Positions 20,422 through 29,773 of a DNA stretch of 64,000 bases are shown piece by piece; the first letter of the stretch is position 1; each line of letters begins with the position of its first letter. The notes beneath the pieces are model-generated. The model was not told the DNA's origin and did not search any database. It worked only from the letters and a program-made list of their open reading frames with translations. The stretch spans positions 288,001 through 352,000 of the forward strand of contig CAWBWI010000001.1 in NCBI GenBank assembly GCA_963792585.1, read 5' to 3'. The stretch is from Candidatus Eiseniibacteriota bacterium (GTDB lineage Bacteria; Eisenbacteria; RBG-16-71-46; CAIMUX01; VGJL01). Position numbers and translations under genes: made by a program.

Positions 20422-22596
20422 GTGAGATTACCCGAGTTAGCTTTCGGGCTCATGCTCCTAGGGTTGTGTGTTGCGCACTGCCCCGCCCAGGCGGAATGCA
20501 TCGACTATGGAGACTACATCCATCAGGTGAGCAAGCTGACCTTGCCCAGCCCCGGTCAAGAGATCTCGATTCAAGGTGACTACGCCTATATCGGTGGTTA
20601 CGATGCGGGGCTTTACGTGGTCGATATCAGCGACCTGGAAGCCCTGAACATCCTGAGCACCACAGCCATCCCGGGCCTTACGGGGGGCGTGTGCGTCCGG
20701 GGCGCACAAGCCTGCGTGACCGGTGCCATTTTCGACAGCGCGTACGTTGGTCTCATGCATTGCGTGGATGTCTCGGACCCACAGCACCCGGTTGTCCTCG
20801 GCGAGATACGCTTTCCAGCTTCGTCAGGGGCCGGTCGAGTTATTATGGACGGTCCATACGCATACGTGGCAACAGGGCGGGCAGGACTCTGGGTTGTCGA
20901 CATTTCGAATCCAGGCGATCCACGAATCGTGTCCAGTCAGCAGTTTTCCGACTTCTATGTAAGGGACTTCGCCGTGGCGGGGCCGTTGGCCTATGTTGCG
21001 CTCAACGGCGACATGGGGTCTGGAGGATTCCAGATCGTCGACATCTCGGATCCAATGAACATCCGGATGGTGGGCAGCCTGGATGTTCCGATCTTTGCAA
21101 TCTGTGTGGCCGTTTCCGGCTCCTATGCTTACCTCGGCGCTGCGGCCGCTTTCCACGCCATCGACGTCAGCAATCCCGAACACCCGTATATCGTCGGCAG
21201 TCTGGCGACTGTGGGAGCCGACGAACTGGTTCTGACGCAGACAGTTGCTTTCGTGAGCGACAACTACCTGGGCACGCTGGGCGCGATCGATATCTCGGAT
21301 CCCGCCAACCTTCACTTCGTGGGGGGGGTACCCAACGCCGCAGGCTGCGTGGCCATTCAGGGAACCCGTGCATTCACGACGGGTGGGAGAAACCCCTACT
21401 TCTGGGAAGGGGTTCTGCAGGTCCTGGACATCACGAATCCGCACAGCCCGCAACCCGCGAAGCTCTCGTTGCCTTGCACTGCGATTGCCGTGGACGTTTC
21501 GGGAGATTATGCCTATGTCGCGGATTACGACTGCGGCTTGAAGGTCGTAGATATCTCCGATCCTCGTAACCCTGAGGTCGTCGGCACCGCTTCGGAGTGT
21601 CCGTGGGCATCTGGCGTTGCCGTCAAGGGCGGCTACGCGTATGTCGGCTGCTACAGTTCACTAAATGTGGTCAACATCACCGATCCGACGAACCCGCATG
21701 TGACTGGCGTGGTAGAAGTAGACGCGCGCCGTCTGAGGGTTCAGGGGAACTATCTCTATGTTGCGAGTGCGGATCAACTCCGGATTTTCTCGATTGCAAG
21801 TCCCGCGTACCCGAGCTTGTTAGGTTCCGTCCAGACGGCCACGGAGATCGAGGCAGTGGCGATTGAAGGAGACTTCGCGTACCTCGCGGAGATGCAGGCC
21901 GGCATGCAAGTCGTGAACGTGGGCGATCCACTGCATCCGTACGTCATGGGCAGCATCGACGCGTCCGGATACGCCTATGGAATCGCGGCAAACGGAAGTT
22001 GCGTGTGCGTTGCCGACGACATGTATGGACTGGAGATCATCGATGTCGCGGATCCCTGGAACCCAACGCTCATCGCGAGCTTCCTGCCGGAGAACGCTGG
22101 AGTCGCGATATCCGGGAACTTCGCGTACTTCGGCGGCATGCAAGTGATTGATGTATCGAACCCATTGAGTCCCGATCTCGTGGGCTGCGTACCCGCCTGG
22201 GACTGGATCATGGATGCAGTCGTGGCCGGTGACAACGTCATCCTCGCGGGAGAGTCAGGTTTGGCGATCCTGCCCACGCACTGCGCGCAGGCGAATGTGA
22301 TGGATGGCACGGGTGTCGTCTCGATGCTGCCTCTGGAATCATTTCCGAGTCCGGCGTCAGGACAAACAACACTTCGGCTGGAGTTGCCGGTGGGAGGCCC
22401 TGTGCGTGCGGTCATCCTCGATGTCACGGGCCGTCGGGTGCGAGGTCTGCCTGATGGGGTATTGGGGGCTGGCGTTCACGACCTCCACTGGGACGGCAGG
22501 GATGACGCAGGCCGTGAGACCGCAGCGGGTGTCTACATTGCGAAGGTCTCAACGGCCGAGGGGGAGAGAACCACGCGAGTTGTGGTCTTGAAGTGA
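20422..22596 (+). CDS. Secreted LVIVD-repeat protein with C-terminal FlgD-Ig domain
   Basis: Many GxYAYV...GLxVVDISxP repeats; WDGRDDAG...AGVY. Confidence 0.9.
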   Translation: MRLPELAFGLMLLGLCVAHCPAQAECIDYGDYIHQVSKLTLPSPGQEISIQGDYAYIGGYDAGLYVVDISDLEALNILSTTAIPGLTGGVCVRGAQACVTGAIFDSAYVGLMHCVDVSDPQHPVVLGEIRFPASSGAGRVIMDGPYAYVATGRAGLWVVDISNPGDPRIVSSQQFSDFYVRDFAVAGPLAYVALNGDMGSGGFQIVDISDPMNIRMVGSLDVPIFAICVAVSGSYAYLGAAAAFHAIDVSNPEHPYIVGSLATVGADELVLTQTVAFVSDNYLGTLGAIDISDPANLHFVGGVPNAAGCVAIQGTRAFTTGGRNPYFWEGVLQVLDITNPHSPQPAKLSLPCTAIAVDVSGDYAYVADYDCGLKVVDISDPRNPEVVGTASECPWASGVAVKGGYAYVGCYSSLNVVNITDPTNPHVTGVVEVDARRLRVQGNYLYVASADQLRIFSIASPAYPSLLGSVQTATEIEAVAIEGDFAYLAEMQAGMQVVNVGDPLHPYVMGSIDASGYAYGIAANGSCVCVADDMYGLEIIDVADPWNPTLIASFLPENAGVAISGNFAYFGGMQVIDVSNPLSPDLVGCVPAWDWIMDAVVAGDNVILAGESGLAILPTHCAQANVMDGTGVVSMLPLESFPSPASGQTTLRLELPVGGPVRAVILDVTGRRVRGLPDGVLGAGVHDLHWDGRDDAGRETAAGVYIAKVSTAEGERTTRVVVLK

Positions 22597-22649
22597 AGCA
22601 GCGTCGTCAAGTCGGCCGTGAATGATGGACGGACCGGGCGACGCACCGC

Positions 22650-22880
22650 TTTACGCTCTCCGCTTCTCGCGCTACACTCGACACCGCCTGGACCGACTCC
22701 GTGCGTGCCCGAGGTGTCCGCCTCGAACGAGATAACCCGACCAGGCGAGGACGAAGAATGAGCCGCATGTGGCAGAACCGATTTGTGCTGCGAGCCGGGC
22801 CCGAGAGGGCCGGTCGAGCCATGCCTCCTCTTGCCGACCTGGCCTGCCGAGAATGCCGCCCATCTGCCCTATCACGGTTC
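22650..22880 (+). repeat. Dispersed repeat family B, copy 1: promoter, structured leader, RBS/ATG
   Basis: About 87% identical by hand count over 22668-22780 to 27659-27771; TTTACG-17-TACACT; stems CGCCTGG/CCAGGCG and CGAGGT/GCCTCG. Confidence 0.85.
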
Positions 22881-23012
22881 TGGCTACTCAACGTTGGATA
22901 CTTTGATCGCAGATGCTCGGACTCGGGCACTGGGAACCCACTACGGAACTTTGTGCTCCTTACCATCTTGATCACACTCGCTGGACTTGGTCTTGCCAGA
23001 GCACAGACCGCA

Positions 23013-23092
23013 GGGTAACTCCTTCCTGTGGTTGACTGTCACTGGGGGAGTTACCCCTTCCGCTTCTGTGACACAAGAACAGATACATCACC
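23013..23092 (-). mobile_element. Solo end of a related IS256-family element
   Basis: GGGTAACTCC...TGACACAAGAACAGATACATCACC matches 25800-25882 of the intact IS256. Confidence 0.85.
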
Positions 23093-23108
23093 CTTGCGAA
23101 ACCTGTCA

Positions 23109-23137
23109 TGGACCCAACTATCCCCCGCACGTATACT
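23109..23137 (+). promoter_or_regulatory. Sigma70-type promoter
   Basis: TGGACC-17-TATACT. Confidence 0.6.
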
Positions 23138-23289
23138 CATTGCGCGCTTCTCTCTGTCCTCGTTTGAAATCTCATTGTCGGTAGATCGAAGGAAGGCTCG
23201 GCCGTGAGAGTCGTCTCATCTGCCATCAGTCACGCACTACTCGGACCAATCTCTGTCTCGAACTCCCCTTCCATTGATGGAGGTGCCTT

Positions 23290-24246
23290 ATGAAGGCTCC
23301 GATGGGTTTCGTATTGGTTCTCTCTCTGCTCTCAATCGGCTCGCTCGCTAGCGCGCAGAGCACTGTATTCTTCGAGGAGGAGTTCAGTGGACCGAACCTG
23401 GACTCCGCCGTCTGGCGCACGGAGGTCGTCACCAGCGGGGTGCGGTGGTGCGATCCCTACTATGGCGGGACCTACTGGGGCCAAGGCTACTGGGTACCGG
23501 AAGGAACGCCGTGCAGCGGTACTGCGGCGCACTCGCCCTACGGTCACGTTGTCCTATCGGACGGATTGGTGCGGCTGACCTCGGGTGATTATGCCTTTCC
23601 CTATCTCGTGTTGCGGCTCCCAGGGACCGTCAGTCTATTCCCGGCGACGGGGGATTGGTCCTTCGAGGCAAGGCTCCGCTGTGAGCAGGAGTCTTCCTGG
23701 GGAACCTTCCTCACCGTGATGCAGACGGCGAGCACGGAGCCGGTGGGCAACACCCCGGTCACGTGGGCGGATGATGTCGTGATGCAACTCAGCGCGACAG
23801 GCGGAAGTTGGGATATCTGGGCCGCGCTGGACGGATCCGTCGGTCAGGTCGCGTTGGTCTCCTCGAATGTGTACGAATTCCACGTCTTCAGAATCGAGTG
23901 CCGCGGGAACTCATACACCATCAGCATCGATGGCGGCGTCGTCTACGGTCCGATCACGAGCACCCTCAGACCGACGGCCCTGTTCCTGGGCAACCCTGTT
24001 CTGTGCTCTTGGGGCTGCTTCGCGTGGCAGGAATACAGCGTTGACTACATCCGGGTCGAGCTACCGGGACCGCCGACCGGCGCGTGCTGCTTCCCTTCGG
24101 GCGGTTGCCTGGTGGGGACAGAGGCGGACTGCGGTGCGTCCGGCGGGAACTACATGGGCGACGGCACCTCCTGCGATCCCAGTCCATGCGAATCGACGCC
24201 GGTAAAGCGCAAGACTTTGGGTGAGGTGAAGTCGCTGTTCCGGTAA
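23290..24246 (+). CDS. Secreted protein, paralog of 16638-17468, with Cys-rich module and variant TWG tag
   Basis: FFEEEFSGPNLDSAVWRTE; GACCFPSGGC module; ends STPVKRKTLGEVKSLFR. Confidence 0.8.
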   Translation: MKAPMGFVLVLSLLSIGSLASAQSTVFFEEEFSGPNLDSAVWRTEVVTSGVRWCDPYYGGTYWGQGYWVPEGTPCSGTAAHSPYGHVVLSDGLVRLTSGDYAFPYLVLRLPGTVSLFPATGDWSFEARLRCEQESSWGTFLTVMQTASTEPVGNTPVTWADDVVMQLSATGGSWDIWAALDGSVGQVALVSSNVYEFHVFRIECRGNSYTISIDGGVVYGPITSTLRPTALFLGNPVLCSWGCFAWQEYSVDYIRVELPGPPTGACCFPSGGCLVGTEADCGASGGNYMGDGTSCDPSPCESTPVKRKTLGEVKSLFR

Positions 24247-24359
24247 TGCACGATCCAGATGGCCGCGGGGAAACTCGGCCGTAGAAGTACGCGACTCGCG
24301 AACCTGGAGTGGCTTGAGTGGCCAACGCTCTCAGCATGAGCAATGCCCGCTGCGGACGG

Positions 24360-24540
24360 TTCACGAAACTGCGGTCTCCTGGTGAACGCTAGTGCGGGCA
24401 GTGGGTGCCGGGCGTGGGTGCCGGAGCGCGGGGGTTGCGGGGGACGGATCCAGGGATCACCCCAAGGGGGCCAAGGTAGAAACATCGGACACAGCCAAGA
24501 GGCGACGCCACCGACGACCGGACGGTCACTATCCCGACCG
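24360..24540. repeat. Dispersed repeat family A, copy 3
   Basis: Starts TTCACGAAACTGCG as in copy 1 and has the same net length to CCCGACCG. Confidence 0.85.
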
Positions 24541-24597
24541 ATCTGGGATCTTCGAAACGCCCGAAACTGTAACCGCGCTCATGGGACGACTCTGTGA

Positions 24598-25882
24598 GGT
24601 AACGTCACGTGTTTTGTGTCACGAGCAGAAACGGGGTAGCCGCCCCTTCTCCCTTATTCGCGTAGTTGAAAACGGCATACAGGATCCGTTCGATGCTCGT
24701 CCGGTCGCTGAATGCCCCCATCGGACGGGTCCGACGCCGCACCTCCCGGAATCGACGCTCGATCGCATTTGTCGTCCGGCTCATCCGCTGCCACTCCGGC
24801 TGCTTCAGGTCGTAGTGGTTCAGCAGCTCATCGAGGTCCTTCATCAGGCATCGCACGGCCGCGTGGTAGAGCCCATCCCACCGGTCCCCGAAGCGGATGG
24901 CTGCCTGGATTGCCCGCATCCGGTTCTTCGCCCCGTAGATCTTCCTCAGATCCCGCTTCACCGCTTCCCAGTCTCCGACCCGTACCTTGTCCAGGATGTT
25001 GCGGACCTTATGCGCCCAGCAGCGCTGCACGGGGATCCGGGGATAGACGACCCGCAGAGCGGCTCGCAGCCCCCCACACCCGTCGATCGTGATCAGCTCC
25101 ACTCCCTTGCCCGTCAGCCCTCGCCGATAGAGATCGTTCAGAAGGCCTTCCCATGAGTCCTGGCCCTCAGAGCTCGCCAGCAGGAAGTCGATGATCTCCT
25201 TCCTCCCGTCCGGCTGGATCCCCAAAGCCACGAGAACCGGGCGTTTGCTCGCTCCCACGCCCGTCTTGCGCGAGAGCACCACTCCGTCGAACTGAAGCAC
25301 CCGGTACCGGTTCTTCAATGGCCGGCGATGAAACGCCTCGACCTCCGCGTCGAGAACTCGTGAGACCCGACTGACTGTCGAGGCGCTGACCCGCTCGCCC
25401 AGGATTGGCAGCAACGCCTCCGCGACCTTCCGTGTGGACAGGCCCAGAACAAAGCAGGCCAGAATGGCTCGATCGACATCTCCGCTGCGCCGCGCATAGG
25501 CTTGGGCCACAGAGATCGGACTGAAATGCCGTGTCCGGGGGATCGAAACCTCGATGTCACCCAAGGCCGTCAGCAAGTGCCTGCGATACGATCCGTTCCG
25601 GCGATCCTGCTCTCCACGACCGAGGGAGTCCTCGAGCCAAGAGCGTACCCGGTGATCCATCTCCTCCTCGAGACAACGCCGGAGACCCTCCCGCCCCGCC
25701 TCCTTCAGGTCTCCCCAGCCCTCGGGGTGGTGGTTCATCAGCCTCTTGATCACTCGACCCGCCTGACGCACACTCTTGACCGTCGCAAACGGCGACATGG
25801 GGTAACTCCTTTCTGTGGTCCCTCTAGACCCACATGGGAGCTACCCCTTCTTTCTGCCTGACACAAGACCTGATACATCACC
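24598..25882 (-). mobile_element. IS256-family insertion sequence, intact
   Basis: Imperfect 43-bp terminal IRs (29/43 by hand count); 9-bp direct repeat ACTCTGTGA at 24589-24597 and 25883-25891. Confidence 0.95.
24605..25798 (-). CDS. IS256-family (Mutator) transposase
   Basis: RNGSYRR, GLSTRKV, FDG, QRCWAH and TTNAIER motifs. Confidence 0.95.
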   Translation of the reverse strand: MSPFATVKSVRQAGRVIKRLMNHHPEGWGDLKEAGREGLRRCLEEEMDHRVRSWLEDSLGRGEQDRRNGSYRRHLLTALGDIEVSIPRTRHFSPISVAQAYARRSGDVDRAILACFVLGLSTRKVAEALLPILGERVSASTVSRVSRVLDAEVEAFHRRPLKNRYRVLQFDGVVLSRKTGVGASKRPVLVALGIQPDGRKEIIDFLLASSEGQDSWEGLLNDLYRRGLTGKGVELITIDGCGGLRAALRVVYPRIPVQRCWAHKVRNILDKVRVGDWEAVKRDLRKIYGAKNRMRAIQAAIRFGDRWDGLYHAAVRCLMKDLDELLNHYDLKQPEWQRMSRTTNAIERRFREVRRRTRPMGAFSDRTSIERILYAVFNYANKGEGAATPFLLVTQNT

Positions 25883-25898
25883 ACTCTGTGAAATCCAC

Positions 25899-25927
25899 TT
25901 GTCGCTTATCTCCGGTCAATCTACAAT
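25899..25927 (+). promoter_or_regulatory. Sigma70-type promoter
   Basis: TTGTCG-17-TACAAT. Confidence 0.6.
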
Positions 25928-26054
25928 ACTCGCGCGATCGTGAACCTCGCTTCTGCGATCACAGGCGGTGGCGGGGTGGGAGCTTGGATGACCCGGCCGC
26001 GCACAAGTCATTATCGCCCGCGGCTTGGTGAGTTCGTTGCAGGGGAGGGTGACC

Positions 26055-27573
26055 ATGAAGAGCCGCGAGCACTTCCGTTCCATTCACGTCCCGCGTCGGA
26101 CTGACGATCGCCTTCGGCCTCCGGCCTCGAGCAGACTCTCCACCCGAACCCTCCCGCCGCTGCTTGCGCTTTCATTGCTCCTTGGTCTAGCTGGTCAAGC
26201 CGGGGCGGTCACCTGGGGCGAGGATGTACGCCTCACGGATACCCTCGGGCAGTCCGCATGTCCGGTCGCTGCGCCAGATCCCTACGGTTATACCCACGTC
26301 GTGTGGCAGGACGACCGGGATGGCAACCTGGAGATCTACTACAAGCGCTGGGATGGATCATCGTGGGGGGCCGGACGAGCGCTTGACCGTACACGCGTCC
26401 ACATCCGAACTTCCTTGGTTGGCGGCGGACGCACTTGGCCGGGTCCACGTCGTCTGGGACGACGCTCGAAACGGCACCCATCAGGTCTACTACAAGTGCT
26501 TTGACGGCGAGTGGAGTGCGGATGTGGCCATCACCGACAGCGCCGACGGGCCGTGGCAGGCCTGTGTGGCGACGGATCCTCTCTCCAATGTTCATGTGAT
26601 CTGGGTGGAAAGCACAACGACAGTCAACACGAACGTCTTCTATAGGTGCCGCGACGCGAATGGATGGGGCCCCGTCACCCGTCTCTCCACGGGTTCGAAC
26701 CATGCGTTCCGTGAGCGGATTGCCTGCGATATCCGAGGATGGGTCCACGTCGTGTGGCAGGACACTCGCGACGGAAACCTGGAGATCTATCACAGAGTCT
26801 GGAGAGACGGTGCCTGGGGGCCCGAGGAGCGGCTGACAGAGGATCCAATGGACTCGCAACGCCCCGCGATCGCCACGGATCTGACAGGGCGGATCCATGT
26901 CGTGTGGGCAGATGACTGGACCAGCGACTCCGAGATGTACTACAAGGCTTGGGATGAGGAGACTGGATGGTCCGCGGCGAGCCAGCTGACGGAATGCGCG
27001 GGAGCCTCTGGCTACCCCAGCATCACGACTGACGGAGAGAACCGTGTGCATGTGGTCTGGACGGACGCGAGAGACGGCAATTCAGAGATCTACTACAAGA
27101 GTGGTGACGGAGGGATCTGGACCCCCGACGAACGCCTGACCCATGACTCTGCGGGGTCCGGACGTCCCTCGTTGATTGTCGATAGTCGCGGCCTTCTCCA
27201 TGTGTTTTGGTATGACCAACGTGACGGAAACGAGGAGATCTACGACAAGCAGGGGATCTCTCCTTCGGATGTGGCGCAGCAGGAAACACTGCCCGGAGAA
27301 GTCCGCGTTGACTGTGCGCCGAACCCCTTCCGGGGGCAGGTTCGACTCACCTTTGAGGGACCTCAGGCCGATCGAATCCAACTCCTGATCCAAGATGCAG
27401 GTGGGCGAAGGATCCGAAGGTTCTCTGAAGATGGCCCCTCCCAAACGCGCTACATCAACTGGGATGGTCGGGACGATTCGGGGATCCCGGTTGGATCCGG
27501 CGTCTACTTCTGGCATGTCATAGATTCTTCTGGCGATGGAGGCCGATCCGGTTCCTTCGTCAAGATTAGATAG
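26055..27573 (+). CDS. Secreted repeat (beta-propeller-like) protein with FlgD-Ig domain; frameshift near 26368
   Basis: Repeats of HVVWxDxRDGNxEIYY...W...RLT; frames join in a G6 run; PNPF...WDGRDDSG...SGVY. Confidence 0.85.
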
Positions 27574-27640
27574 TATCGTCTCCAGACTGTCTCTCAGACC
27601 ACGGGATCGGAGCCCCTCCGGACTCCGACCTACGTATCGC

Positions 27641-27880
27641 TTTACCGACCCTTCCTCCCGCGCTACACTCGAACCCGCCTGGCCCGACTCCGTGCATGCC
27701 CGAGGTGTCCACCTCGAACGAGATAACCCAGCCAGGCAAGGAACGATGATGCGCCGCATGTGGCCGAACCGAGCTGGGCTCCAAGACGATTCCGTCAGGG
27801 GCGGGGGAGCCTTCTCTTGCCTCCACAACCTGACACTGTCCAATCGTGAACGCCATCCATCTGCCATGTCCCGCTTCTTA
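27641..27880 (+). repeat. Dispersed repeat family B, copy 2
   Basis: Offset 4991 from copy 1; TTTACC-17-TACACT; stems GCCTGGC/GCCAGGC and CGAGGT/ACCTCG. Confidence 0.85.
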
Positions 27881-27932
27881 CCTGTCGTTGTTGGCCGTCA
27901 GTCAAAACCCCACCCACGCTGGAGTTCATGCT

Positions 27933-29280
27933 TTGCTCAATCGCGATATTAATTCACGTTTCGAGGATTGGCTTCTTAGCCCAAGCGAAACGCTCGATTT
28001 TGAAGTCAAGCAGTGGCTTGACATGACCGACGTCGAGTCCCAAGGCATCGTCGCGAAGGCTTTGATCGCACTCGCGAATCACGGTGGTGGTTTCCTGCTC
28101 TTTGGATATAAAGAAGACGCAACAAAGAAGTTGGTTCCGGATCCAGATCGTCCAGTATCGATGAAGCCGTATCTCACGGACGCAATCAACGCAATCCTCA
28201 AGAAGCGCGCTGAGCCAACGTTCCATGTGGAGGTAACGCTTCAACGTCACCCGGTTACGCAGGAGGAGTACCCACTGGTGCGCGTGCCTGGAGGATCCAA
28301 GGTGCCAGTGAGGTCGGATAGCGCCACTCCGGCAGGGAGTCTCAAGCAGTATGTCTATTACGTTCGTGCGCCCGGACCTGAGAGTCGGGGTCCACAGAAT
28401 GCCGCTGAATGGGACGCATTGCTGAGAAGGGCGCTGCTGAACCAACGTGACGAAATCGTCAGCCTGCTGCGTACGTTTTCCATGGCGGCCCCTGACGTAA
28501 GCATCAGCATACCCAGCAACGAACAGGAGATCCTTCATTCCTTCGTCGAAGCATCTGACTGCGCGATGGCATACTTTGAACGAAGCACTGCCCGCAAATC
28601 ATCCCTCGAAGATTACTAGGGGGCACTTCTTGTTCGCAGCGCGGATTCTCGGAAACGCCAAGCAAGTGTCAGCGCGAGAAATCATTGAAGCCAATCGGTC
28701 CGCGAGAAGCTACACAGGATGGTCTGTCTTCGTTACCCTCGACCAAGAGCAAGCAAAGCCGAAGCTCGTGGACGGTTGCATAGAAGCGTGGCTCGCTGAG
28801 ATTAAAGTACCCAGATGTCGGCATGCTGACTTCTGGAGGATCGATCCAACGGGCAACTTCTTCTTGCTACGTGGTTATCAGGAAGACTCGCTTGATCCAG
28901 AAAGAGGCTTTGGGAAGCCGGGAGAATTGTCCGAGGCCACGCTTCCGGTCTGGCGTGTTGGCGAGTTTCTTCGGGTGGCTGACCTCGCTGAAGTCATGTT
29001 CGAGCATGGCTTCGAGTTGATCGTTGAATGCCAATGGGACGGCCTTAGTGGCCGTCATCTGTTTTCCCATAATACGCGTCGGTACATTCCTGGTGGCTAC
29101 GCATCTGCTCAGGCGACCGTAACAACGAATGGTAAGTTTGCGCAAGTTATCGTACGCGAACTGCTGCCAGATGCCGTCAAAGCATTGACACTCCCGCTGT
29201 ACGAGCATTTTGATTTCTTCACTCCGCCGGATTCATTCTATTCGGAGGAACTCTCTGACATGACGAAGAACCGCTACTAA
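27933..29280 (+). CDS. Schlafen/AlbA_2-domain protein; frameshift near 28560
   Basis: SETLDFEVK...IVAKALIALANHGGGFLLFGYKED signature; GGAG before TTG; continues into ORF 28576-29280. Confidence 0.8.
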
Positions 29281-29560
29281 AGGACGGAGGCGTACGCGAT
29301 GCCGGCGGGGCTGTGGCATACCCGTTCCTCCCACACGCCTCATCTACGTTCCGTGATGTGCGGGCAGGGGCCGACTCGCGGTAGGCTCACCGGTCCGCGA
29401 AGGGACCTTGACACGCGCCCTCTCCCCATGTAGAAACTAACCTATCGCGGTGAACGCAGCGCGGTAGGACATATCACTAGACGGCGGCCTGGCGGCAAAG
29501 CGGAAGGCGTTGTGGGTGTTGCGAAGGCAACGGAACCACGACGTCTTTTTCGTTCCCAAC

Positions 29561-29744
29561 CGCCTGATCGCAACTCCCACGAACAACTGAAGAAGGGCCG
29601 GGTTTCGGGAGCGGAACAACCGGGCCCGAAATCGCCTATGGCACTTCCGGTTCCCCTCGACTATCATCGAGTGCGCAAGATCAAGGCGGGGGATAGGCGA
29701 CTCGTCGACCGGTCTCCGGGCGGATGGAGTTTGTAGGAGACACA
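29561..29744 (+). mobile_element. Solo right end of an IS481-like element
   Basis: ATCGCCTAT...CCCTCGAC.ATCATC.AGTGCGC.AGATCAAGGC...CGGATGG...TGTAGGAG.CACA matches 31670-31855. Confidence 0.85.
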
Positions 29745-29773
29745 ACGAGTGACTGACTATAGGAGGCGATACC

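Noticed and set aside
22758..22800. Group II intron domain V resemblance (GAGCCGCATGTG)
   Set aside because: The 3' half does not pair and copy 2 lacks the pattern.
29408..29450. IS91-like oriIS end or promoter (TTGACA...AACCTATC)
   Set aside because: Weak similarity, no HUH transposase nearby, and a poor -10 box.
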